A stretch of DNA of 64,000 nucleotides, taken from Octopus vulgaris. Its lineage: Eukaryota. The position numbers and the translations under genes were made by a program. Under the pieces are notes generated by a model. The model was not told the origin of the DNA and made no database searches. It saw only the letters and a program-made list of their open reading frames with translations. The stretch covers positions 35,898,001-35,962,000 of the forward strand of contig OX597827.1 in NCBI GenBank assembly GCA_951406725.2, in the 5' to 3' direction. The first letter of the stretch is position 1. Every line of letters begins with the position of its first letter. Shown here piece after piece: positions 39,350-53,235 of this stretch.

Positions 39350-40387
39350 ATGAGTGATGATGGTGAACCTTTAGCTTATGAAAGTAATGGGGAAAATAAC
39401 CAAATTACCGACTCTGTGAAGACAAGCACTTCAAATGCCATACACTGTTGCAATGTTTGTGGTAAATGCTTTGAGCAGAGAAGCTATTTACAAAAACATG
39501 TCAAAATACATACAGGAGAATTGATTAATCAGTGTAGTGTGTGCCGAATGGTTCTGTCAGATAAGAGCAGTTTAAAGAGGCATGTGAGGATTCATACAGG
39601 GGAGAAACCTTATACTTGTGAGATCTGTGGAATGAGTTTCTCTCGAAATGGTACTCTGAAGAGTCACACACGGACACATACTAAAGAGACACCTTACTTC
39701 TGTAAGACCTGTGGGAAACGTTTTTCAGTCAATAGCTCTCTCAACAGACATATGAAGACACATTCTGATAGTTTGCCTTACTGTTGTGAAGTGTGTGGTA
39801 TCTGTTTTGCTCAGAGCCGCTACCTGAAAAGACATACTAAAATACACACAGGTGAGACGGTTTATAATTGTGAGATCTGTGGGAAGTCTTTCAGTCAAAA
39901 GTGTAATCTTGAGACACATATGAGGATACACAACGATGAAACACCATTTCTCTGTGTAATTTGTGGGAAAAGCTTTTCTCTGAATAGTACCTTAAAACGA
40001 CATTTAATAACACATTCAAATGAAACTCCTTACCATTGTGAAATCTGTAATAAAAGCTTCTCTCAAAAACGCTACTTGAGACGGCATAGTCGTACTCACA
40101 CAGGAGAAACACCCTACCGCTGTGAACTCTGCAATAAAGGTTTCTCTCAGAAGAGTAACTTAGAAACACATATGAGGATCCATGATGATGAAACTCCTTA
40201 CCAATGCTTTATTTGTGGCAGAAGCTTCTCTTTAAACAGTACCCTAAAACGACATTTGTTTACACATTCAGAAGAAACACCATATCATTGTGAATTCTGT
40301 GATAAAAAATTCTCTCAAAATCGTTATCTCAAAAAACATCTTAAAACACATTCAAATAGTAAAGACTACATAAACAATAAAGAATAA
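39350..40387 (+). CDS. C2H2 zinc-finger protein ZNF-4 (345 aa, 11 fingers)
   Basis: Intact ORF with good start context GCCATGA and acceptor TTTTACAG at 39329. A candidate upstream donor AAG|GTATTT lies near 38390. Confidence 0.96.
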   Translation: MSDDGEPLAYESNGENNQITDSVKTSTSNAIHCCNVCGKCFEQRSYLQKHVKIHTGELINQCSVCRMVLSDKSSLKRHVRIHTGEKPYTCEICGMSFSRNGTLKSHTRTHTKETPYFCKTCGKRFSVNSSLNRHMKTHSDSLPYCCEVCGICFAQSRYLKRHTKIHTGETVYNCEICGKSFSQKCNLETHMRIHNDETPFLCVICGKSFSLNSTLKRHLITHSNETPYHCEICNKSFSQKRYLRRHSRTHTGETPYRCELCNKGFSQKSNLETHMRIHDDETPYQCFICGRSFSLNSTLKRHLFTHSEETPYHCEFCDKKFSQNRYLKKHLKTHSNSKDYINNKE

Positions 40388-40952
40388 GAAGATAAGGTTT
40401 GTCAGATAGTTAATGATAACCAGGACAAAAAATATGGTTGGAAAATATGAAGAGAAAAAGGCAGTTGATGAAGTGCTTTGTAAAAAAAAAAAAATCTGTC
40501 AGCATGGAAAAAGTAATATGTAACAGGCTTTCAATACAGTAATGTTGTGAAGTGTTTCAAGTCACTGTCTTCTTTTTTCTTTATTTTCATTTGTCCCTGT
40601 AGCATACTTTAACCTCCCATCACTTGGCATAAAGCCACCCCACTCAGTACTACTCCTCCCTTTTCTGAGGGGGTCTTATCTTATGAGTTACCGAGTGGCC
40701 TCATTAGTGCCAGTACCACATAAAAAAAAATCCAGTACACTGTTAAGTAGTTGACATTAGGAAGGGCATCTACCTGTAGAAACCATTTCAGAGCAGTGGC
40801 ACTTGATGCAATCTACTGGCTTGCTGGCTCCTATCAACCATCCAGCCCATACTAGCATGGAAAACATGCTAAATAATGATGATGTTGCAGTACATAGATG
40901 TTTCTACTATTGATAACAAGGAATCAGTTAAAATATCACAGATTTCTGTGTG

Positions 40953-40993
40953 TGGTGGTGGTGGTGGTGGTGGTGGTGGTGGTGGTGGTGGGG
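40953..40993. repeat. (GGT)n microsatellite
   Basis: About 13 GGT units read directly. Confidence 0.9.
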
Positions 40994-41807
40994 AGGATAT
41001 AGTACAATTAAATCCTTTGTTTCAGTCAATGGACTGTAGCCATGCTGGAGCATCACCTTTGAAGTATTTAGTCAATAATATTGACCCTAGTACTTTGACT
41101 GGTACTTATTTCATTGTTCTTGTAAGATATATATGTATAGTGGAAATTGGTGTAGAAAGAGGGATAACTTGGAAATATTACCGAGCTTGGAAACAAGTGC
41201 AGGCTGGTGATAAGAAGGGTATCAAGCTGTAGAAAATCTGCTTCAACAAATTCCATTTGACCTATGCAAGCATGGAAAATTGAACATTTAAACAATGATA
41301 TATATGCACAGCCATGGCTGTGTGGTAAGGAGCTTGCTTCCCAACCACATGATCTTGGGTTCCGTCCCACTGTAGCACCTTGGGCAAGTGTCTTGCCACT
41401 AAGAATTAAACTCATGACCTTATGATCATAAGCCATATACCCTAACCACTAAGCCACACATCTTCATATAGATTGGCCACAGACCATTAGATGGGATAAT
41501 TAAAAGAAATGTTTATATAATTTTATGAGGGAATGGAGAAGAAGTCAGTTTAATGTTTGGTAGGTTCTTGCATGAATTCCATTCCTTCATTAAAATTATT
41601 GATATTTATTCTGTTAAGATTGCAACATACTTATTTGGTATACATACCTTGGGTTTCTGAAGTGCTACACTATTAATTAGCTAATGAGTAATCAGTCATT
41701 AATTTGCTGATAAAAAGGTGTAGATATATTTTGAACATTTTGTTAGCCAGGTTCTTGCATGAAGAGTACTGCTGGGGTGATCACCTGAATTTTATTTATC
41801 CCCACAA

Positions 41808-43181
<1,374 letters not shown>

Positions 43182-43619
43182 AAATGGATATACGCACATA
43201 TATATGCAAAAACATTTCCTTAGCGTTAATGGACTTCTATAACTGATTGGTAATTTAGTCTTGGTCAGGTTTACTTATTGACCACTAGTCCAAGTTTTTA
43301 ATGTCTGCAGTTCTCCCACAACTCCTGGGATGAGCATAAGGTTGTGGCTATTAGAGGTGTTGTTACAAGTATTGGCCCCTAAACAGCTGTGTGATTGCCT
43401 CAGGGAGTGTGATGATGGAAGCAGTCTGATAAAAGCCTTGAGGAATGAGCTTTCTGAACACCAAATTCCTCACTGATGTCCTCATTATTATCACTTTTAT
43501 GCACACCCTCAACCTTTCTCACCCATAATCTATCCAAACATTTTCTAATTGAAATAATCATAAAAACATTACCACTACTAAGGAATGTCAATAACCATCA
43601 TAGTAATTAAGGGACATAG

Positions 43620-44188
43620 TACAGGTTGAACCTCCTTAATTCAGCAAACTTAGGACCTGACCATTACTAGATTACAGAAAATTCTGTACTACAGAAACTG
43701 ATCTTTGAGTGACCCATTAAAAGAATCCTCTATGTAACCATCTGTATGCAACATATATATTGCAGCAAACTTTCAAAGTTTGCCACTCTTTAGACTTTGC
43801 TAGCTTTCATTTTCAGCAAAAAACTTATATAACATTTGTTGTTTTAATTTCTTTAAATCATACACAGTCAATGATCTGACACCACAGTATTTATACAAGC
43901 TCATTACTGAAGTTCCTTTCTCTATAACTCCACCTTTTCAAGCATAGATAATACTTTATGTTTATGCTTTTTAGCATTAACACCATCTTCTGTATCTTTT
44001 GGTCTCTTGGATGACCTCCTGATGAACTGAAATACAATTGAATATATAAAATTTACAGAATTGTGTCAGGCACTCAGCTGGTGTAAACATAAATAAACCT
44101 TGCACTTAACAGTACCACCCCAGTGGTAGGTCTGCAAACTAATGGTAGCAGATACAAAATGTGTCAAACTAAAGAGGTTCAACATTTA
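43620..44188. mobile_element. Tigger/pogo-like non-autonomous element
   Basis: TA-CAGGTTGAACCTC at the left end and GAGGTTCAAC at 44174-44183 as a decayed right TIR. Confidence 0.5.
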
Positions 44189-46370
44189 ATAACATAAATA
44201 TTCAATAACTGTAGAGTACTTAATGCAAAAGTTAAAGAACAAAAGTTGAATTGTTCAGTGTTCAAGAATAATAAGCAGATATTCCTCTACTGTGTATGGT
44301 TTGTTGTCTTTGGAACAAGCCATACACAGAAATCAGAAATGCACCTTATCCAGTTCTGTCACATTTGAATTTTCCTATAAATTGATCCATTTTTTAGGGC
44401 TTTGTAGTATCTCTTCTCAGTTGTATCTCATTTATTTTTTTAAATCATTCATAGCAATGTTGCTATTCTATTCATCATAACTGATATCTCACTACACATT
44501 CTATATTGTTTGGAGATCTCAACTCAGGCTTTTCTAACTAGGAACAAAGCAGAGGATAATTAAGTTAGTGTTAACATATTAAATGACATGAACATCAAAA
44601 ATTTTATAAGAAACAATAATATGGAGAAGAGAGGAAAGAGGAGCACAACCTCAATGCTTAATATTATTTATATGTTGTGGCAAGAATGGTAGACAATTCC
44701 AATGTTGTTTTGGTCTTGTTAAACCTTCTCAGTGAAGCACATTTCACATTTGCCTAAGTTGTAGTAAAGGAATTACTAAGTAAAATTAGAGAAATTAAAA
44801 TATGCTAGTTTTCCACACCTACACAGATTACTATATTGTAATCTTATGGAGTGATTCTCTCATCAATACTTCAACAAAAATACAGCCAGCCATCACTCAC
44901 AAATGAGTATGGTTTAATAACATCCACTACTTTTTGCTAATTGCTTGATGTATCTATGTAGTCACAAGCTTACATGGACAACTCCTTGGCACAGCAGAGT
45001 AATCCAAGAAGAGAGAGGGCTACTACTCATTACTGTTGAATAAACATGAAGGCATGTGGCCTAGTAGCTAGGGTGTTTGATTTATAATCATAAATTTGTA
45101 GCTTCAGTTCTTGGACAGAACTGTGCATTGGGTCTTTGAGCAAGCCACTTCATTTCATGCTGCTTGATTATAATGAATGAAAGCTAGTACAGCACCCTCA
45201 TTCTCTCTCTCTCTATCCACCTGTTATATCCTGAATATTCAGCTGGATCAAAAATGAGGGACCGAGAGGGTGTCTATGTTCACTTGCAACTACATAGAGA
45301 CATAAAACAATTAGTGAAATTATGGTACATGTTACTTAACTATATTCACACAAGAGTTGTGCAATGAAATCTATGCTTCACTGAGAAAATCTAATAAAAC
45401 TGAAACATTTCCAATGTTGTCTCCTATATTTTGCCAAACTGATTAAAATATATATATATTAAAAAAATAGTCATTAAGTACACAGCATTAGTATTTCTAA
45501 TTAGGTTTTTCATACATACTTAACTGTTGATTTTCGTGAAGTGAGCAAATTTTATAATCCCAAAGGATGAGAAGGAGGAAATATTTTAATATTGGAAAAG
45601 ATAATTAGGACAGTGATGAACCTATGATGAATGTCAACAGTGGGATGCCACAAGGTTTTTGATAGCATACAATGGATTTTTTTTTTTAAATCTCCCCATA
45701 ATTTTGTTATAAATAGCTTATCAATAAGTATTTACTAAAAGGTGAAAAAACATGTCTGCATGTATTTTAGTTTTTAGCTTTAGAATAAATCTAGTAACAA
45801 AATTTATTTTTTATCTTCTTATTTCAGTCACTGGACTACAACCATGTTGGGGCACTACCTTGAAAAGTATTAATTGAACAAATTGACCTTAGCACTTACA
45901 TTTTATAAAGTTTGGTTCTTATTCTCACTTTTTTTCCTAGTTTTTTTACAATTTGCATTTTTTTTACAGTTTATATAATTGCCATTATGCATACTGAAAC
46001 ATACACACTCTATCTCACACATATACATTCTAGGCTGCATCCAGAGAAAGGTTATTCAACTGACTGGCATAAAGTTATTCACAAACATGCTCTTACCTCT
46101 GGCCTTTAACTCTAATTGCTTTTACTCCACTCAGGCACTCCTGACTCATTCATCTCCCTTCTCCTCACTATCCATGTTTATGTCCAACACCCCAGGACCC
46201 ACATTCACTAGTAAATTAGGATGTTATGGTCTGGAACTCCTTCGTGCAGGTGTCAACTTGCAAAGTTCAAGTGGAGCATTATGAGCATTGGAATTTCAAC
46301 AACATCAACAGGGCATTTTTGTTTGTATGTATGTATGTATGTACATGCATACATACATACATACATAAAT

Positions 46371-46785
46371 GTAGTGTGGGATTATAATTTGATGACACTT
46401 TTGTTAAAAGTTCTATTGGGGGTTTTAGTGAAAATGATTTTTAATGTGATGGGAAAAAAGGATCAGGCTATTGGTTTAACTACAGTTAAATTAAATGGTG
46501 GGTTATACCACATTATATTCCTTATTTTATTTTGCTTCTATTCCTATTATTGTTATAATTTATTGATTGGATATGTTAAGTTACACCACACACACACACA
46601 CAATGGTAGGAATAGAAGCAAAAATAGAATAAGGAATATAATGTGGTATAACCCACCACTTAATTTAACTCTAGTTAAACCAATTGCCTGATTCTTTTTT
46701 CCATGACATTAAAAATGATTTCCATGAAAACCCAATACTATGGAACTTTTAATAAAAATATCATAAAATTATCCTACCAAACTGC
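46371..46785. mobile_element. Fold-back element with ~180-bp arms
   Basis: 46371-46552 is reverse-complementary to 46601-46785 (e.g. GGTGGGTTATACCACATTATATTCCTTATT / AATAAGGAATATAATGTGGTATAACCCACC). Confidence 0.85.
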
Positions 46786-47799
46786 ACCTAATTTTATACA
46801 AACCATTACAATCTCCGATCTAAAAAAGGTTCATTTCTACAAAGTATAGTATACAGGCATACCATTAATAACTTCATGAAGCAAAGTAACTGCTTTCTAG
46901 AAAATGGGTGCCTTGTTGATAACACAATGTATCAATGCAATGTTACCATTAATAACTCAATACAAACACACACCAAATGTGTGTATATATATATATATAT
47001 ATATGTATGTATGGATGTGTGTGTAGTAGTAGTAGTAGTAGGAGGAGGAGGTTCCATTTTTACAGCTTTTAAACTATGCTGCAACAACCAACAATTGCAG
47101 TCTTTCATTTTGAAACCCAAATAGAAAAAATGAAACAGTACAATCAAACTGTATTCCTAAAGAGGAAAATGGTGTATGGAAATCAGAGAACTTAAATGAT
47201 TATCTTAAACTTACTTTACCTAAGCTCCACTATCACAGCTTTTCTATATTTACAGATCCCATCCCATTATTTATCACAAATTTCATTAATTGATGTAGTA
47301 CCTCATTGTGTATAGAGTAAAACGTTTGGCCATGGGTATTGAATCATTTTAATGTAATGCACACTAATATTCGTGATATTAAAATCTCTCTCTTTTCTTT
47401 CTTTCTCTCTCTCGTGAGTTCTGTAATTCAGCGTCGCTTCCACTTGTGACTATTTTTACATTTATACATATATACACACACACGAGAAAGAGAAAGAGAG
47501 AGCAGATTTTCTTTAATATATAAACCTAAATTCGATGACGGCGTAACCCTAAACCCAACCTTAACCCTAAACAACGGGTGTGCGTATTCTTTACCTTCGC
47601 CTCGATTACCTTGTTCAGCGAAGTTTGTATTGTAAAGGAAACAACGTGTTCGAGTTGAGATAGTCGTTACATTTATTCCGTAAACAATTTTTAGTTGTGG
47701 ATTTACAAGATCAAGCGTTTTCCTGTTTTGCTCTTTGATAGTAAAAGCTAAATAAATTAGCGGATAGACAATACAAACCCTCATAGACTAGTGAGATTA

Positions 47800-47970
47800 A
47801 TGAGGGTCCAACTTGGACACCTTCGGGAAAAGAACCACTAACCGCGAAGTTCTTGTCAATGTTAGCAGCTCACCTCACAGAGGTGTCAGATGACGCCAGT
47901 GAAGGCGCCTGGCTTTCACAATGCCTCAGCCTCGCCATCACCCGTGATAATGCTGCGAGCTTCAGTTCTG
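47800..47970 (+). mobile_element. 3' remnant of a CRE-like non-LTR retrotransposon (restriction-like endonuclease C-terminus)
   Basis: KFLSMLAAHLTEVSDDASEGAWLSQCLSLAITRDNAASF matches the WLxQRLSLAIQRGNAA pattern that ends CRE-type ORFs. Confidence 0.7.
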
Positions 47971-48999
47971 TTAAACCTTGTGGTGTGCGACCAGTGATAA
48001 TTCTTAGAAAAGCTTTTCATACAGATCTGAGAGTGATAGCATTTATCATATGTATGAGTACATTTGTGAAGTCACTAGTACCAGGGTATATTTGATCAGT
48101 TGTATGGTCTGAATGCTTACCGAAAGTGAAACTTCGCTAGACGTAATCCCGGACTAAGGTGTGTGAGTGTAAAACTAGAAGCAGACGGTAAATGACTGGG
48201 CGTGTATGTGTAAGCGTACGCGCGCGTGTGTATGCGGGAGTGGCATGTTAGTATATTAGTGTGTACAAATGGCTATCAGAGCACAGAAACTGTCCTCTGA
48301 GGGTTTTGTTTCTTTATTTTGAACAACTATTCGACATGAACGGAGCGTTCGTAGGTCTTATTGAATACAAGACAATGCTGTGAGATTCAAAAAAAAAAAA
48401 AAAAAAGAACAAAACAGAATTTGAAATAACAGTATATTTTGTCATTCGTGGGGAATAATTTACATTCGGAACTTGCGTTCCTCAGCACCGCTTTAGAATT
48501 ATTCCGGCATCTTACGGAAACTTAAAATATTCATTGGAGGTTTGTGTCACTTTGATACATAAGCGTGGGTGTATACATACACACAGACATACACACAGAT
48601 ACACACACACACAAACAAACACACACACGTGTGTGTGTTTGTATACGAAAGATCGCCTATTTATGTTTGTATACGCATGTGTGTTTGTTTATATAGATAT
48701 ATATATGTATATATAGTTCTTTGAAAATAAGTTCTTCCCACCATTGAATCCTTTACGTATTGGATATGTACATATATTGGTGATTGATCTCAAACCATTG
48801 AATGAGGTGATCGAGTTAAAGTTTTCACACTTGTCTTTACCATTCTTTAATCTCCAAGTCGTTTATTTACTATTTTTAATGTCGAGATAATACCATCTTC
48901 TTGGTACGGTCTGATCTTTGTTGTCCGTTGTTGATGCTGTGGACATTGTTGATGTCTGGGACAGTCCTACGAATGTTGCTGACAAAGTTGGTTTTATTT

Positions 49000-50342
49000 T
49001 TATTACTATTTGGTTCCAATCCAATACCCTGATCAAAAGCATTGCTGTCATGACCAATGCACGGTTTTAGGGATATAAAGGACTACATTATCTGATATAT
49101 CCTGTCCTTGTTTAGACGGTAGAGTGTGATTTTTGTGAGATTTTGTTTTTTGTTTTCTAACTGGTCCAGCTACCAGGTAGAGGCTCCCTTGTTGAGTCGT
49201 ATGGCTGCAGTATAATGTTCAAGCTATTGATATGTTGCACTAGAGAATCTATAGTTAAAACAAATTTATGTCATATAAGATGTTTATCTCCAGTCTTGTT
49301 TTTAACCACTGTGGGCCTGCATTGTTCAGTTGCATAGGATGTTGTATGATGATAGTTCGGACATGTCCTACTATGATTATTTCACAGCTTGATTTGTCAA
49401 ACCAATAAAGTAGTCCATTACATGCTTTCTCAACATGCTAGAAATGGAACGAATTTCCCTCCAGTCATTATACATTACCGTTTAAAAAGAAGAAAAAAAA
49501 TTAGATAGTACCCAATGTAGTCCCAGGTGTTTTATATCTGGAAAGGCAAGGATGTCACGGTTGGCTTTTTGATCAATAGGGCTGTTCGGCCAGCGCTGGG
49601 CTGCGGTCAAACATCAACAATTCATTTTGTGACTAGATACGAAGTTAAGCGGTGATTGTAACAAGCAGACAAGTTATACTCGATCGCTTTGTAGTGGATT
49701 TCGTAGTTCCGGAATTGTCATAGAAGTCTGGCTGTCCTCAGAGAAAATAATTTCTGGAGCGAATTTCTTCTTCTTCTTCTTCTTCTTCTTCTTCTTCTTC
49801 TTCTTCTTCTTCTTTTTTTTCTCCTCCTCCTCCCCCTCTACAGCTACATTATCAAGTGTCCTCGTTTGGTCCAGAATGTGGTGTGATGAAGATGATTTGG
49901 TTGTTATTTCTAGCAAGCTGAGCGACCACACTGGATTTTCTATTGACTCATAGTTTGTGTATTGTTGTGTTACTGGCGTGCAATAGGGTGTTGCTGACGT
50001 GAATAAGTTGTTGCTTAACCCCCAAATTGGAAAAGTTCTATTACCATCCCATATTTTTTCTCAAACTACTACATTTTCTAATGTATCTTTCCCATTTTCA
50101 GACGATAAGGTGCGGTTTGAGGGAGATTTGGCTGCTATTTCTAACAGATCAAGCGACCACGTAGGTGTTAAGTGTTGGTCGGTTACACCTGACTGGTGCT
50201 GTCATAATTGGTATCCATCCACGCATCAACAAGAATATTTTAGTTTTCTAATGCTGGTAAGTGTTGTTATTGTTATTTAGCCCCTGGTCAGACCTATCTT
50301 TCACTTGTTTCAGTCAGTAGACTGCCTCCATGCTGGGGCCAA

Positions 50343-50385
<43 letters not shown>

Positions 50386-52325
50386 TCTCTCTCTCTCTCC
50401 CTCTCTCTCTCTCTCTCTTTTTTAACCTAAGGCAGTGTATCTCGGATTTACAGTAATTTAATCTCCTTTCTGTTTCAAAACGGTAGAATACACATTGAGG
50501 GAATTTTGGCTGCTAAGTTTTGCAGATCAAGAGACCACCTTCTCTCATTGCGGTAGCCCCAGGCCACCTTCTCATTTCAGAATTGCATACGACTACATTA
50601 TCTTATATATTATTTCATTGGTAGAATGTAAATTGAAGGACGTTTGGCTGCTATTTCTAGCTACTTAACGACTACACTGGGGCTCCTTCGTTGGCTCGGA
50701 ATCACTCAGTCGTTGTTGATCAGTAGATATGACATTAATAGTAGTAGTAGTAGTGTGTGAATACAGGTATTGTTTGGCTGCAAATCTCTCCAACGATGAC
50801 CATCTTGTTTTATTTTTAGTCTTAGTATATCCAAGATTATCCAATATGTATCGTTTGTTAAGGAGGGGGGGTAGATTTTGCTGCTATTTTTAGCATGCCA
50901 ACCGACCAGCCACTCCTTCGTTGTCTTGCAGAGACTGCTATGTTGGTTGTGTATGATGTTTTGAATATTTTAAATTTAATTGTTGGAAGCCCAGTCAAGT
51001 CTAATATTTGGTTCCTTGATTTCTTTGATTTTAGTCAAATGTTAATGTTGAGGGAATTTTTTGCAGACCATGACCAAAAGTGTCCCAGCTGTGACTGTCA
51101 CTCTTACTCTCTATCTGTTGTGTCTCTTATCCGATGTATCGTCATCTAGTTCACAGTTGCTCCAAATGCTGGGCCTCGCAAGCATAGCTACGGCAACTGC
51201 GAAACACGCTAGGCGAAGGGTGAGTTGTCCCAGCCGTGACCGTCCCTCTTGCTCTATATCTTGTCTTATTGTATAGTGTCTCCCGTCCGATGCAGTCGTT
51301 ATCTAAAACAGTCGACCAAGACTCGGCTGGAGCCTTCACAGTTAGGCCAAATACTGGACCTCACTAGGGTAGCTACGGCTACTGCGAATCAGACTAAGCG
51401 AGAGGTGGGTTGCAATGTGGATAGGCCGTCCTGGGTGACGCTTTTTTGAGGATAGCACTTTTGATTCTACTGTATAATCCTGTGCAGGGGGTGATAAATT
51501 CAAGCGTTGCCTCAGTCGGCACACACTAGCAACGCCACTGGTGATTCGATGTCGATTTGGCAGCTATTTCTAGTATGATGTGTGACTCCTTTGGTCAAAT
51601 GTTGTACCAGTAATCGGGTGCATTGTGATTTAGCTGTGACTGTAGTTCTATGTGTTGTTTAGACAACAATAATGTGTGTGTGAGACGTTACCATGCGTAA
51701 TGTTTGGTATAAAGTAATGTTTTCTGGTGTTTCTTGTGGGTTGTGCCAATACTGTTGTTTAACTCTTGTCGAGCAGACCTATACTCAAGGATCTCCAGAT
51801 GTGACCATCGCGTCTTTTGTGTGTATCAGGGAATACACTGTTCAATGTATCATTCTTTATTTGAGACAATTGGTTGTGAAGCGGACGTAAAAACCCTTTG
51901 TGGGTTTTTTTTGTTTTTTTTTCACAGAATCCCCAATTTTCGAGTACGGAGATTCTGATTCTGCAAAAACAAAAAACAAAAAAAAGCGGCATTTTAAAAT
52001 TTAACCCCCCCCCCCCCCACCTCCGTATTTTTCTACGTATTTCGCAAAAAAAAAAACAAAAAAAAATTCGGAAAAAAGTGAAAATTGAAGAATTTGAGCG
52101 GGGAAATTAAAATTTTAAAATGCCGATTTTATTTTATTTTATTTTATTTTTTTGCAGAATCAGAATCTCCGTATTCGAAAATGGGGGATTCTGTTTTTAA
52201 AAAAAAAAAAAAAAGGCGAAAGTGGGCGTGATCCACATTCTTTACGTCTGCCGGGTTGTGATTTGATGGATATTTGGTTGTTATTTCTAGCAAATCGAGC
52301 GATTACATAAAGATTTTCTTCATTT
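49000..52325 (-). mobile_element. Cluster of SINE-like family C fragments (about 8 co-oriented copies)
   Basis: Recurrent GAGGGAGATTTGGCTGCTATTTCTAGCAGGTCGAGCGACCAC-like block near 49130, 49890, 50120, 50500, 50635, 50870, 51555, 52265. Also at 10135, 10530, 13915, 32500, and inverted at 13180. Confidence 0.7.
51880..52252. mobile_element. MITE with terminal and long subterminal inverted repeats, 8-9 bp TSD (Mutator- or Merlin-like)
   Basis: Termini AGCGGACGTAAA / TTTACGTCTGCC and flanks TGGTTGTGA / GGGTTGTGA. Internal inverted CAGAATCCCC...GGAGATTCTGATTCTGCAAAAA. Confidence 0.8.
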
Positions 52326-52778
52326 GACCTATCATTTATACCTATGTATTTATATCCAAATGCTTACTGTTGTAAGGCAATAGTACAATTGAACAATAGG
52401 TATAAGTGAAAGTAAACAAAAGTTTACCCAGAATTTATAAGACAACGAAGAAAATGGAGAAGTTTACAGACATCAATTAGATCTATTGAGTAATTACAAT
52501 CATATGGATAAATAAATACATAAATGATTAAATACCTAAGAATAAACAAGTGAATAGAACTTTACTCTTTCAGCTGTTTCTACTTTGCGGGTCCAACATG
52601 CCAAAGTTGACACATCATACCAATATTACACAGAGATTGTACAAAGGTTGAACAAAAGTTGGACATAGTTTGGACAATAATTGAGCCCAAAAGTTTCATT
52701 AGAGAGTCTATAATGGTAAGAATCAAAAATGTAAAAAAGTAAATAAAATAATAAAAATAGTAAGAAATGGTAATAAAG

Positions 52779-52891
52779 TAAATTCCAAGATAATATCTAG
52801 AGGTTGTGAGACTACATCTTATTTCAAATTAATTAGAGTAATTTGAAATAAGACGTAATCTCACAACCTCTGGATATCATCTTGGAATTTA
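52779..52891. repeat. Palindrome, 53-bp arms with 4 mismatches, 7-nt spacer
   Basis: TAAATTCCAAGAT...TTTCAAATTA / TAATTTGAAA...ATCTTGGAATTTA, aligned by hand. Confidence 0.9.
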
Positions 52892-53235
52892 TTTTTTACC
52901 ACTGCATGGCACCTAGGGCTAGTGTCTTCTACTATAGCCTCTGGCTGACCAAAGCCTTGTGAGTGGATTTCGTAGACAGAAACTGAAACAAGCCCATCGC
53001 ATATATGTATATATATGTTTGTGTGTCTGTGTTTGTTCCCCACAATATCACTTGACAACCAAAGCTGGTGTGTTTACTTTCCCGTAACTTAGCAGAGACT
53101 GATAGAATAAGTACAAGGCTTACAAAGAATAAGTACTGGGGACAATTTGCTCAACTAAAGGCAGTGCTCCAGTATGGCTGCAGTCAAATGACTGAAACAA
53201 GTAAAAGAATAAAAGAACATATATATATATATATA

